Shown here one piece after another: positions 37,536 to 46,996 of a stretch of DNA of 64,000 bases. Position numbers and translations under genes: made by a program. The notes below the pieces were generated by a model. It was not told the origin of the DNA, did no database searches, and saw only the letters and a program-made list of their open reading frames with translations. How positions within the stretch are numbered: position 1 is the stretch's first letter; each line of letters begins with the position of its first letter. The stretch comes from Turneriella sp. GTDB lineage: Bacteria > Spirochaetota > Leptospiria > Turneriellales > Turneriellaceae. The DNA lies in assembly GCA_965279515.1 (NCBI GenBank), contig CBDIID010000003.1, forward strand, positions 3,616,001 through 3,680,000, given 5' to 3'.

Positions 37536-38387
37536 ATGGAAAAAACTAATCTACCCCCGGTAAATCTTCAGCTCTCGCCGCTGACCGACAAAGAGTTTGC
37601 CGGTTTTCAAAAGCTGATCTACGAATGGGCGGGCATCCACATGAACGAGAGCAAAAAGGCGCTCGTTTCGGGGCGTCTCATGAAACGCCTCAGGCACTAT
37701 AACATATCAAACTTCGGCGATTACCTGCGTATCGTCAAGAGTGTGGATTACCCCGAAGAAAAGCAGATCATGATCAACCTGCTGACAACGAACGAGACGT
37801 ATTTTTTCCGCGAACCCAAACATTTCGACTGGCTGAGACAAAAAATACGCACGCGAAACGCCGGGGAGACTTTCCGGTTGTGGAGCGCCGCCTCGTCGAC
37901 CGGCCAGGAAGCCTATTCGATCGCTATGGTCATTGCTGAAGAAATGGGCATGACCGGCTGGGAAATTCTCGGCTCCGACATTAGTGAAAAGGCGCTCGCC
38001 TCGGCTATCCAGGCAACGTATCCGCTGGAACAGTCGACGCAGATTCCGGAACGTTACCTCAAACGGTTTTGCCTCAAAGGTGTGCGCGATTCCGAGGGCA
38101 AGTTTTGCATCCGGCCTGAAATCCTCCAGAATATCCGTTTTTTCAGGATCAACCTCAACGAGGCTCTGCCGCAGAATTTTGGTCTTTTTGACGTGATCTT
38201 CCTGAGAAATGTGATGATCTATTTCGACCGCCCGACCCGGCAGAAAGTGGCTGAGGGCCTGATGCACTTTCTCAAACCGGACGGCAATCTTGTGATCGGC
38301 CATGCGGAGAGTCTGCACGGTATCACGGAAAAACTCAGGGCAGTAAAACCCACAATCTATGCGGCACGGGCGACCACATTCACCTGA
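37536..38387 (+). CDS. cheR: Chemotaxis methyltransferase CheR
   Basis: TTNETYFFRE, WSAASSTGQEAYSIAM, FLRNVMIYFD, GHAES. Confidence 0.95.
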   Translation: MEKTNLPPVNLQLSPLTDKEFAGFQKLIYEWAGIHMNESKKALVSGRLMKRLRHYNISNFGDYLRIVKSVDYPEEKQIMINLLTTNETYFFREPKHFDWLRQKIRTRNAGETFRLWSAASSTGQEAYSIAMVIAEEMGMTGWEILGSDISEKALASAIQATYPLEQSTQIPERYLKRFCLKGVRDSEGKFCIRPEILQNIRFFRINLNEALPQNFGLFDVIFLRNVMIYFDRPTRQKVAEGLMHFLKPDGNLVIGHAESLHGITEKLRAVKPTIYAARATTFT

Positions 38388-38865
38388 TACACCCGCGGGG
38401 GTGAAAAATGTCTATCTGCAACCCGGGGAGTACTTCTGGGGCGATGAATCATATCGCATCAAAACCCTGCTCGGATCCTGCGTCGCAATCTGTGTCTGGC
38501 ATCCGGCACGGCGCATCGGCGGCATGAGCCACTGCCTTTTACCGACACGCGGCAACGACCGCACGCCCGAACTCAGCGGCCGCTACGTCGATGAGACCTT
38601 CGATATTTTTTTCGCCGAGATGAACCGGCATGCGACGCAGAGAAAAGATTACCAGGTAAAACTCTTCGGCGGCGGCAATATGTTTGAACTGCCCGATAAG
38701 ACAGGCATCACCGTCGGGGAAAAAAACCTGACGATGCTGCGCTCGATCATGAAGCGTGAAAGCATGCATATTCTTGCCGAACATGTCGGCGGCAAAGGCC
38801 ACCGCAACGTGATCTTTGAACTCTGGAACGGCGACTGCTGGGTGCGCCACACGGAGCTGCCATGA
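38359..38865 (+). CDS. cheD: Chemoreceptor glutamine deamidase CheD
   Basis: TLLGSCVAI, GGMSHCLLP, KLFGGGNMF; start may be GTG 38401. Confidence 0.93.
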   Translation: MRHGRPHSPDTPAGVKNVYLQPGEYFWGDESYRIKTLLGSCVAICVWHPARRIGGMSHCLLPTRGNDRTPELSGRYVDETFDIFFAEMNRHATQRKDYQVKLFGGGNMFELPDKTGITVGEKNLTMLRSIMKRESMHILAEHVGGKGHRNVIFELWNGDCWVRHTELP

Positions 38866-38913
38866 GGCACATCGTGTGCCGCAGCTCCCTCAGACCTCCT
38901 GTCTTTGGTGAGG
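38853..38913 (-). repeat. GGA-loop double-hairpin element, copy 3 (cheD end and cheD-cheB spacer)
   Basis: Minus strand: GAC-AGGAG-GTC hairpin then GGAGCTGC[GGCAC-ACGAT-GTGCC]TCATG-GCAGCTCC. Confidence 0.65.
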
Positions 38914-38917
38914 TACC

Positions 38918-39988
38918 ATGACAACATCACCGATTCGCATTTTTATCGTCGACGATTCGGCACTCGTGCGCCGTAGCCTCACAGAAATTTTTTCGCGCGA
39001 ACCGGGTTTTGTCGTGCTGGGTTCGGCCGAAGACCCGATCGCCGCCGAACGCAAAATGCAGCCCGAATGGCCCGACGTCATTTTTCTCGATGTCGAGATG
39101 CCCAAGATGGACGGCATCACTTTTCTCACCAAACTGATGCGCGAGAAGCCGACGCCGGTGATTATCTGCTCTTCGCTTGCCGGTCGCAGCCAGGAACTCA
39201 CGATCAAGGCATTTGCGCTGGGCGCCGTTGAGGTTCTCGCAAAACCGGAATTGGGTCTCGCCGATTTTTTTGAAGCGCAACGCCCCGCCTTTATCGAAGC
39301 CGCCCGCGCCGCTGCGGGTGCAAAACTCAAAACGCTCGTCGCGAGCCTTCCGCCAGGTGTGCATCCTCCTCAAGCGGCTAAACCTAAAAATGTTGCGCGT
39401 GCATCTTCGGGCCGCCTCATCGCCATCGGCGCGTCGACCGGTGGCCCGCAGGCGATCGAGTTTTTACTGCGGCAACTCGACGAGACAGTTTTACCGATCG
39501 TCATTACGCAGCACATGCCCGAAAATTTTACGCGCGCCTTTGCCAAGCGCCTCGACGACCTGATGCCCGTCAGCGTCAAAGAGGCCGAGCATGGCGATGT
39601 GCTGCTCAAGGGGCGTGTGCTCATTGCGCCGGGCGGCCGGCATATGCGTGTGAAACGGCAAGGGTTTGAGCTCGCGGTTGAGCTGGTGGATGGCCCACCG
39701 GTGAACCGTCACAAACCTTCAGTCGACGTACTCTTTCGCTCTGTGATCGAGGCGGCACCCGAAGCCGCGCTCGGCATTTTACTGACCGGCATGGGCAACG
39801 ATGGTGCGCGCGGCCTTCTCGAGATGCGCGAGCACCGGTTTGCCACGATTGCCCAGGACGAAGCTTCGTCTGTGGTTTGGGGCATGCCGCGCGAGGCGGT
39901 GAAACTCGCGGCGGTCGATGAGCGGGGTATTTTGCCGCTGGACAGAATCGGGTCAGCGATAAAGGCTTTTGCGGCGCACAATCCTTGA
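38918..39988 (+). CDS. cheB: Chemotaxis methylesterase CheB
   Basis: REC domain plus IGASTGG, QHMP, HKPSVD, LTGMGNDGA. Confidence 0.97.
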   Translation: MTTSPIRIFIVDDSALVRRSLTEIFSREPGFVVLGSAEDPIAAERKMQPEWPDVIFLDVEMPKMDGITFLTKLMREKPTPVIICSSLAGRSQELTIKAFALGAVEVLAKPELGLADFFEAQRPAFIEAARAAAGAKLKTLVASLPPGVHPPQAAKPKNVARASSGRLIAIGASTGGPQAIEFLLRQLDETVLPIVITQHMPENFTRAFAKRLDDLMPVSVKEAEHGDVLLKGRVLIAPGGRHMRVKRQGFELAVELVDGPPVNRHKPSVDVLFRSVIEAAPEAALGILLTGMGNDGARGLLEMREHRFATIAQDEASSVVWGMPREAVKLAAVDERGILPLDRIGSAIKAFAAHNP

Positions 39989-40139
39989 TGGGATGAACCG
40001 CCTATGCTGGCGAATTTGCCGGTATTTATGGGTTTTTTCGATTTACAATATCAATGCCGCCTCTAATTTAATTTTACCGACCCCTTCGGTGGGGTCAAAC
40101 GTCTAATGGATAAGAGCAGATTTGCTCAAAGGAGTTACA

Positions 40140-40760
40140 ATGAAGAAATTGCACTTAATTTCAGTGCTCGCGCTATCATCGATCATCAGCGCACCGACAT
40201 TTGCAGCAGGTGGTTTTGAGGTTAAAGCTGGTATCGCATCAGTTAAGTCTGCAGAAAACAAAGCGGGCTTTGACGCGGGGGTTGCCTATGCGATCCGGCT
40301 GGAAAGATTTTTTGCTGTTTTACCAGAAATCAACTTTAATTGGTTGAATTATGATGGAGCGGCAACAACGATCAGCGGCTCAGGCCTTGGCACAACAGCG
40401 ACTCCATCGGTTAGCTTGTATACACTGCCGATGCTCCTCAATGCACGGTTTTACATCCCCATGGGAACCGACGATGTTCCTCTGCTTCAACCCTTTGTGA
40501 CAGTCGGGGCAGGTTATGGTCTGGCATCGTACATAAATAAAACTCCCAATCAACCCACTGCGACTGAAACAATCAGCGGGCTGATGTATCAGGCCTCATT
40601 GGGGCTGGCACTCAATCTCGGCATGGTAGCAGAAGGCTCGGCATCCTCGACCAGCATTCTTCTGGAAGTTGGTTATCGTGGAGGTCAATTGGAAAAAGGC
40701 CTTGTTAAGTTTGATTACGGTGGTTATGTAATCCGTGCCGGTGCATCATTCTCGATGTAA
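40140..40760 (+). CDS. Outer-membrane beta-barrel-like protein
   Basis: AAAGGAG RBS, signal peptide, QPFVTVGAGYG, terminal RAGASFSM. Confidence 0.7.
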   Translation: MKKLHLISVLALSSIISAPTFAAGGFEVKAGIASVKSAENKAGFDAGVAYAIRLERFFAVLPEINFNWLNYDGAATTISGSGLGTTATPSVSLYTLPMLLNARFYIPMGTDDVPLLQPFVTVGAGYGLASYINKTPNQPTATETISGLMYQASLGLALNLGMVAEGSASSTSILLEVGYRGGQLEKGLVKFDYGGYVIRAGASFSM

Positions 40761-40826
40761 TTTGCTCAGCTTCCAATCGCTTGTTAAATGCGGTGCCTAA
40801 CTTAAGTCACCGCATTTGATCGGTTG

Positions 40827-40854
40827 AAAATCCCGGCTGGACCGGGATTTTTTT
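40827..40854 (+). terminator. Rho-independent terminator
   Basis: AAAATCCCGG-CTGGA-CCGGGATTTTTTT; preceded by another hairpin at 40786-40817. Confidence 0.75.
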
Positions 40855-40892
40855 ATGCTCGACGCCGCTGCGAGCGGCCGCAATCCACGGCC

Positions 40893-41894
40893 ATGCAATC
40901 GCGTTTCGGCCTTTCCAGAATTTTAGTTTTATCTGCACTTCTGATTCCCTCGTTCTCCGTTTTCGCCGAGGTTACGCTGAAGTATGCGACACTCGCCCCG
41001 GAAAATACCGTATGGGCAAAAACCATCAAGAAGTGTGTCGATGAAATCGCTGCGAAAACCAACGGCCAGGTGCAGATCAAGGTCTTCTATGGCGGCATCG
41101 CAGGCGACGAGCCTTCGGTGATGCGCAAACTCAAAACCGGTACCATTGACATCGCCTCCTTTACCGGGCAAACGCTGGGCACCGTTGTTCCCGAATCGCG
41201 CCTGCTCGAGCTGCCGTATTTTTTTGAGAACACGCGCCAGATCGATGCCGTCGTTGCGAAAATTTATCCCGAGCTTTCGAAAAAATTTATGGCGCAGGGC
41301 ATCGTGCTCGCGGGCTGGGGTGAAAACGGTTTCGTCTATCTGATGAGTAAGAATAAACCGATTACAAAATACGCCGACATGCAGGGCGTCAAAATCTGGG
41401 CACCGAAGGGCGATCCGCTGGTGAAGGCGATGCTCGCCGAATACGGCCTTGTTCCCGTTTATCTCGGCTTTGAAGCGGTGCTGCCGCAACTGAAAACCGG
41501 CGGCATCGATGCATTCTATGCGCCGCCGTATGGTGCGATCGGGTTGCAGTGGTTCCGTGAAGCAAAATATATCACCAACAGCAGGCTGGCGAACGCTGCC
41601 GGAGCGACACTGCTGGCAAAATCGGCGTATGACCGGCTGACAGACGAACAGAAAAAAATCGTGCATACGACGCTGGAGAAATATGCGTACGAACTCACAC
41701 AGGAGCTGCGCCGTGAGAACGAGAAGTCGTTACAGATTCTTCTCGGCAAAGGCCTCGAAAAAGTAGAACCTAATCCTGAAGAACTGGCGGGGCTCAAGGC
41801 CACGGCGGTGAAGGTGCAGGATAAACTCGTCGGCGAATTATATTCCCGTGAACTTTTAAATATGGCGCGTAAGGCGCGTGACGGAGCTAAATAA
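40893..41894 (+). CDS. TRAP transporter substrate-binding protein (DctP/TatP family)
   Basis: Signal peptide, LKYATLAPENTVW, YGGIAGDE, LELPYFF, WGENGF. Confidence 0.88.
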   Translation: MQSRFGLSRILVLSALLIPSFSVFAEVTLKYATLAPENTVWAKTIKKCVDEIAAKTNGQVQIKVFYGGIAGDEPSVMRKLKTGTIDIASFTGQTLGTVVPESRLLELPYFFENTRQIDAVVAKIYPELSKKFMAQGIVLAGWGENGFVYLMSKNKPITKYADMQGVKIWAPKGDPLVKAMLAEYGLVPVYLGFEAVLPQLKTGGIDAFYAPPYGAIGLQWFREAKYITNSRLANAAGATLLAKSAYDRLTDEQKKIVHTTLEKYAYELTQELRRENEKSLQILLGKGLEKVEPNPEELAGLKATAVKVQDKLVGELYSRELLNMARKARDGAK

Positions 41895-41917
41895 CCCACC
41901 GAAGGAGCTGATCAACA

Positions 41918-42433
41918 ATGGCTGCGAAAAAAAAGGTCAAAGCGAAAAAAGTGGCGAGGAAAAAACCAAAAGCCGCAAAAAAAACGGCGGTGCGCCGGAA
42001 AAATACGGCACGCCCGGCGGCAAAGACGGGCGCCGCGGCAACAGTAACACGGTCGGCTGCCGTGACATATCCCTCGTCGGATAACACACGTTTCTGGAAA
42101 CGCGAGCGTTATACCACCTTGAAAGAATTCTGGCCGTTCTACCTGCATGAGCACCGCTATACCGTGAACCGCACGCTGCACTTTATCGGCTCTACACTCG
42201 GCCTCGTTATTTTCGCAACTGCGATTGCGATCAGTAAGTTCTGGCTGATTCTGCCGGCATTTGTCAGCGGCTATGCCTTTGCCTGGGTGGGTCACTTCTT
42301 CATCGAGAAGAACCGTCCGGCGACATTCAAATACCCGTTGAAATCATTTATCTCTGACTGGCGGCTGTGGTATGTCGTTTTGACAGGCCGTGTGCGCGGC
42401 GAACTCAAAAAATTCGGCATCGAATCGAAATGA
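41918..42433 (+). CDS. DUF962/Mpo1-like membrane protein with a Lys/Ala-rich N-terminal tail
   Basis: EFWPFYLHEH, NRTLHFIGS, GYAFAWVGHFFIEKNRPATFKYP. Confidence 0.88.
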   Translation: MAAKKKVKAKKVARKKPKAAKKTAVRRKNTARPAAKTGAAATVTRSAAVTYPSSDNTRFWKRERYTTLKEFWPFYLHEHRYTVNRTLHFIGSTLGLVIFATAIAISKFWLILPAFVSGYAFAWVGHFFIEKNRPATFKYPLKSFISDWRLWYVVLTGRVRGELKKFGIESK

Positions 42434-43182
42434 CCCGGCTTTTCCAGGTCACCCTTGCTACGACACTCTGTTGCCTCGGCGCAGAAAGCCTGTCTGCCGC
42501 AAAATCCCAAAAAACAAAGCCGAAAGCGGCTGTTTCCGCAATCAACATTGCCGATCTGCCGCCGCTGGTGCTCCTGGGCACGGGGCGGCTGGACTGTACA
42601 ATTTCCAGTAAAGAGAACGGCACGCAGGTTTTGACGCTGACCGGCGGGTCGGGAGTCCATTTTGACATCGCCGTGACGCCGATTCTCGATGGCATTATTG
42701 AACTGAAGGATGGTAAATTGACTTCGCCCAAAGGCAGCGAGCAGCAGGTTGTTGCGCCCATGAAAGCCCGCGCGCTCAACTACCGTTTTACTTCGAATCT
42801 TGCGCACACACGGCGTTTTTCGGTTTCGGGCTTTCCTGCGGTTCACCTCGATCAAATGGAAACCAAGGTGTCGGTCAATGCGCGCCGTTTTCGGCAAGAG
42901 GGTGGCCCCGGCACGGCTGTATCATTCAGTTCAGAAGACATGGACAAGCAGGGCGTCTATATCGAGTTCCGCGGAATATTCCATGAAGTGGAGAGCAACA
43001 AACGTTTTGCTTTCCGTACGATCTTGGGGCCGCCATCCGATGGCTCGGGCCGCGTGACACCGCTCGATTCCAACGACAACTCGCGCATCGTGGCAAAGAG
43101 CGTCATGGTTGATATTCAGCCCAAACCCGGCGGAATCTTCACGCAAATCACCACGACAATCCGCGAGCTGGATGAGAAGTAA
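42430..43182 (+). CDS. Hypothetical secreted protein
   Basis: ATGA-coupled, signal peptide, beta-rich. Confidence 0.65.
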   Translation: MTRLFQVTLATTLCCLGAESLSAAKSQKTKPKAAVSAINIADLPPLVLLGTGRLDCTISSKENGTQVLTLTGGSGVHFDIAVTPILDGIIELKDGKLTSPKGSEQQVVAPMKARALNYRFTSNLAHTRRFSVSGFPAVHLDQMETKVSVNARRFRQEGGPGTAVSFSSEDMDKQGVYIEFRGIFHEVESNKRFAFRTILGPPSDGSGRVTPLDSNDNSRIVAKSVMVDIQPKPGGIFTQITTTIRELDEK

Positions 43183-44353
43183 GCGGCTCGCGCTTTGCAC
43201 GACCGCGCTCGTTCTTGCAGGTGGTCTGACAGCCGAGCCCCGCCCTTACCTCAGGCATAAGAACCTGAACCCCACGGCGTATCTGTCGCGCGAGATGCCC
43301 GAACACCTGATTCTCGGCGAAGTGCTGTTCAAGAGCCCCTTTATCCTGGGTGAAAAAATGGCGGCGCAGAATATTTCATGCCATAGCTGCCACCCGAATG
43401 GCGCCGCGACGGATCGCGTCGTCGTTACGGGAAATGCCCCGCGTCCGGGTCTCGTCGACCTGACACATAAAACTATCCACGCGCACGGTGATAATGGCCG
43501 CGACGATGCGCTGCGTATACCTTCGCTGCGCGGCGTGCGCTACCTGGCGCCCTATGGTCACGATGGGCGCATGAAATCGTTGCGCGATTTCACGCGCGAC
43601 ATCGTCGAGAATACTTTTGCAGGAGCGCCGCTTTCAGAAACTGAACTGAGCGCGCTCGTCGCGTACATGATGGAATTTGATTTTCTGCCCAACGCCCGGC
43701 TGGCGCCGACCGGGCGACTCGCGGCAACAGCGGATGCTGCTGAAAAGCAGGGCGAAAAAATATTCATGAATGCGGGCTGCACGCGCTGCCACGATCCACA
43801 GACATACTTCAGCGACGGCAAGGTCTGGCGGCTTACCGGCAAAAAAACACTCTCACCGTACTCCTCGGAAAATGGTTTGAAGACGCCGACGCTGATGCGG
43901 GCACGGCGTGCACATTATCTGCACGACGGCGCCGCCGACTTTGACTCGGTGCTCGAACAACACGCGGCCCAGGTAGAAGTGAAGCTCGACGCGGATGACA
44001 TCCGCCTGTTAAAAAAATACCTCGAAGCGCTGATGAGCGAAGAGAAGCCCGTGGACGAGCGCCATGTCGCTGAGCGCGCCGCGGAGCTCAACAGCTGGCT
44101 CAAGCTCTTCGATAAGGATATGCCGCGCCGGCAGCAGGTTATGGTGCTGAAAACGTTGCAGAGTAATTTTGCGGCACTGAGGTATGACGTGCGGACCGCA
44201 AGGGACCGCTATTTTCTGGCCGTCTACCTCGATGGCCTCACCAAGCTGGCCGATATGGCGGGCCGGCAGGCTTCGCTGGTCATGCGGGCGGGTGTAAAGG
44301 GGTTTCAGCGGCGGATGGCCCCCGGATTGCGTCTTTTTGGCACCGAAAAGTGA
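43172..44353 (+). CDS. Di-heme cytochrome c peroxidase/MauG-like protein
   Basis: SCHSCH and GCTRCH, IPSLRGV..APYGHDG, KTPTL..YLHDG. Confidence 0.8.
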   Translation: MRSKRLALCTTALVLAGGLTAEPRPYLRHKNLNPTAYLSREMPEHLILGEVLFKSPFILGEKMAAQNISCHSCHPNGAATDRVVVTGNAPRPGLVDLTHKTIHAHGDNGRDDALRIPSLRGVRYLAPYGHDGRMKSLRDFTRDIVENTFAGAPLSETELSALVAYMMEFDFLPNARLAPTGRLAATADAAEKQGEKIFMNAGCTRCHDPQTYFSDGKVWRLTGKKTLSPYSSENGLKTPTLMRARRAHYLHDGAADFDSVLEQHAAQVEVKLDADDIRLLKKYLEALMSEEKPVDERHVAERAAELNSWLKLFDKDMPRRQQVMVLKTLQSNFAALRYDVRTARDRYFLAVYLDGLTKLADMAGRQASLVMRAGVKGFQRRMAPGLRLFGTEK

Positions 44354-44395
44354 CATGATTCCCTCTTGGCATGCGTTTTGCTGCTTTCGAGTGGG

Positions 44396-46198
44396 ATGCT
44401 GGAGCTAAAATACGGTAAACGGCGTGTTGTCAAATACCGCGGCGCGAAGACGGTTATTGGTGGTCTGACGCCCAAAGACAAGATCGATATTCTGATGTAT
44501 GTGAGCAAAGAGCTCTCAACGCTGCGCGATCCGCAAACACTCTTTAGCCGCGTTATTTCGCTGTGCTCAGAAATTTTCGAAGCCGACAACGTGACGCTGC
44601 GCATCTGGGAAAATGACATGCTGATGCCCGTCTCGTTTCTCAAGCAGACGGTTCCCGAACGCCGGCCGCTGGCGAGCGGCGAGGGTTTTTCGGGCAGCGT
44701 CTATGCCGACCAGAAATCGAGCCTGATCTACGATCTTTCACAGGATTCCAAATACCTTGACCCCGGGGAAAATACCCTCTGCGTCATCTGCGCGCCGATC
44801 AGTGTGCGTGAAGATAAACTGGGTACCCTTGCCGTTGAAAAAGGCACATCGCATTTTTATAAAAAGGACGACCTCGAGATTCTCGAAGCGATGGCCGCAC
44901 AGATTGCGCTCGCCATCTTAAGCTCGCGCCTCATCAACGGCATGCTTGTCGCGCAAAAGGCGCAGGAAAGGCTGAACAACCAGCTGCAGTTCGATCTCAA
45001 AATCGGCCGCACGGTGCAGTCGCAGATTATCCATTCGACCATACCTTCGTTCAAAGCGATCGATTTAAGGTCGGCTTATGAGCCGATGGTTGAAGTTTCG
45101 GGCGATTATTTTGACTATTACCGCTCGCATGAATCGCTGACCATCATCATGGCCGATGTGTCGGGTCATGGCGTGCCCGCGGCGCTCATTACCATGGCGC
45201 TCCACTACCATTTTCGCCTGCTGTCGGCCCAGGGGTTAAGCCTGCTGGAACTTTTGCAGCAGCTGAACGAACAGATGAAATCGACACTGCCGCAGGGAAT
45301 ATATTTTACCGCGCAGCTGATGCGTGTCCATAGCGACTACAGTTTTACTTTCGTAAACGCGGGACATCCCAAGATGCTGCATTATTCGGCGTACAGCAAC
45401 GAAATTCTCGCGCAGTACGACACGCCGGGTTACCCCCTGGGGATTACCAGCTTTGACATACGGAACTACGAAGAGATTTCGGGTAAACTGCGACCGGGAG
45501 AAACCCTGGTGATGATCACCGACGGTTTTGCCGAACAACACAACGCAAACCAGGAGCAGCCGGGCGCCGATAAGGTCGCGGCATGGATGTCCGCCGCGCT
45601 GGCGGAACCCGCGGGAGCGATCGAATCTTTCATGCAGAGTTTCAAACTCTACCGCGGCGACGAGGTAAATGAAGACGACCTCACCGTGCTGACGCTCCAC
45701 TATAACCTGCGCCATCTCGAAGCAGATACCTATGTGCACCAGAGCCGGCAGAAGATTAAAACCAACGACTACGAGGCGGCGAAAGCCCTGGCATTGCAGG
45801 CGCTGGCCGTACGGCCGCAGCACCAGGACGCCCTCATCATCGTCGGTAAACTTGCCCTGATTGAGCGCGATTACAAGACCGGCGCCGAGTATTTGGCAAA
45901 GGCCTGCTCCCTGGACGACCATGTGGATCCGCAGATTCTGCTGCTGGCGGGGCATGCATCTTATAAGGCCAACGATATTTCATCGGCGAAGCGGTTTTTG
46001 AAGCTTCTGCTGGCTGACGAGCCGCAGCATATTAAGGCAGCCCTGTTGCTCATCCGCTGCTATGTCAGGGCCGGCGAGCCGCATAAGGCGATGCGCACAC
46101 TGCACGCGGCAATGAAGTATGCGCCGCAAAACGATAAATTGCACCAGGTGGCAGCATTTTTAGAGAAGAAGAATCCGGCCGAAGCGGCAGTTGCCTGA
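44396..46198 (+). CDS. GAF-SpoIIE(PP2C)-TPR phosphatase
   Basis: GAF domain, VSGDYFD, ADVSGHG, TDG, DDLT, C-terminal TPR-like helices. Confidence 0.88.
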   Translation: MLELKYGKRRVVKYRGAKTVIGGLTPKDKIDILMYVSKELSTLRDPQTLFSRVISLCSEIFEADNVTLRIWENDMLMPVSFLKQTVPERRPLASGEGFSGSVYADQKSSLIYDLSQDSKYLDPGENTLCVICAPISVREDKLGTLAVEKGTSHFYKKDDLEILEAMAAQIALAILSSRLINGMLVAQKAQERLNNQLQFDLKIGRTVQSQIIHSTIPSFKAIDLRSAYEPMVEVSGDYFDYYRSHESLTIIMADVSGHGVPAALITMALHYHFRLLSAQGLSLLELLQQLNEQMKSTLPQGIYFTAQLMRVHSDYSFTFVNAGHPKMLHYSAYSNEILAQYDTPGYPLGITSFDIRNYEEISGKLRPGETLVMITDGFAEQHNANQEQPGADKVAAWMSAALAEPAGAIESFMQSFKLYRGDEVNEDDLTVLTLHYNLRHLEADTYVHQSRQKIKTNDYEAAKALALQALAVRPQHQDALIIVGKLALIERDYKTGAEYLAKACSLDDHVDPQILLLAGHASYKANDISSAKRFLKLLLADEPQHIKAALLLIRCYVRAGEPHKAMRTLHAAMKYAPQNDKLHQVAAFLEKKNPAEAAVA

Positions 46199-46249
46199 GA
46201 AAATTGTAAAAAACGCTCGATCGTTTCTGTAGGCGTTTATTATCGCCAT

Positions 46250-46996
46250 ATGGAAATCGCATACTACTTCAAGAATTTACCCCCGACTGACGCTATTAAG
46301 GCTTATGCCACAAAAAAGATAGATAAGCTAAAAGAACGGCTGCACCACATCGAGGGCATCGATGTACGCTTTTCCCTGGAAAGGCAGAACCAGTTCTTCG
46401 AAATCACGGTGCACGGTGATGCTACGGTATTTCACCTGAAGAAAAGCGACAAAGATCTCTATGCCGCGATAGATAATGCACTCGATGTCCTGAATAACCA
46501 GATCGATAAGTACCGCAAAAAGTTCGAAGAGAAGACTTCCGAAGTCAAAGAAAAGTTTCTGCCGACCACAGACGATCGCACGGTCGAAGAAGAGACTGAA
46601 ATCGAAATGCGCGATGCCGAAATCAAGCCGATGGACGACCTCGAGGCGGTATTACAGCTGCGTTCCAAGAAATTTCGTTTCCTCATGTACCATCACGCCG
46701 ATGAAAAAAATTACGGTCTCGCGACGGCACGTAACGACGGCAACTACAGCATCGTGATGCCTTCGCCGGGTGGCGGCGGTTTTGTCGAAATGGTCGCACG
46801 GTTCTCCGAAAACAAACTCGAGAAGCTTGCTGAATCGATTTACCCGGTTTCCAAGTTTACCGTCGCCGAAGCGCTCGACGTTTTGAACGAGGCAAACCTC
46901 GAATACCTCGCATTTGTCAACGAAGACAACGATCGCCTGAACGTCATTTTCCACGCACAGGGCGGCGGCATCATGATAAAGAGGCCCGCGACCTGA
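46250..46996 (+). CDS. hpf: Ribosome hibernation promoting factor (long HPF/RaiA family)
   Basis: TDAIKAYATKKIDKL, DLYAAID, QIDKYRKK, KPMDDLEAVLQL; upstream of hprK. Confidence 0.88.
   Translation: MEIAYYFKNLPPTDAIKAYATKKIDKLKERLHHIEGIDVRFSLERQNQFFEITVHGDATVFHLKKSDKDLYAAIDNALDVLNNQIDKYRKKFEEKTSEVKEKFLPTTDDRTVEEETEIEMRDAEIKPMDDLEAVLQLRSKKFRFLMYHHADEKNYGLATARNDGNYSIVMPSPGGGGFVEMVARFSENKLEKLAESIYPVSKFTVAEALDVLNEANLEYLAFVNEDNDRLNVIFHAQGGGIMIKRPAT

Noticed and set aside
40079..40096. Hairpin GACCCC-TTCGGT-GGGGTC as another copy of the DUF559-associated repeat or a riboswitch
   Set aside because: Only a 6-bp stem, lacking the C-rich leader and large stem; no riboswitch consensus matched.
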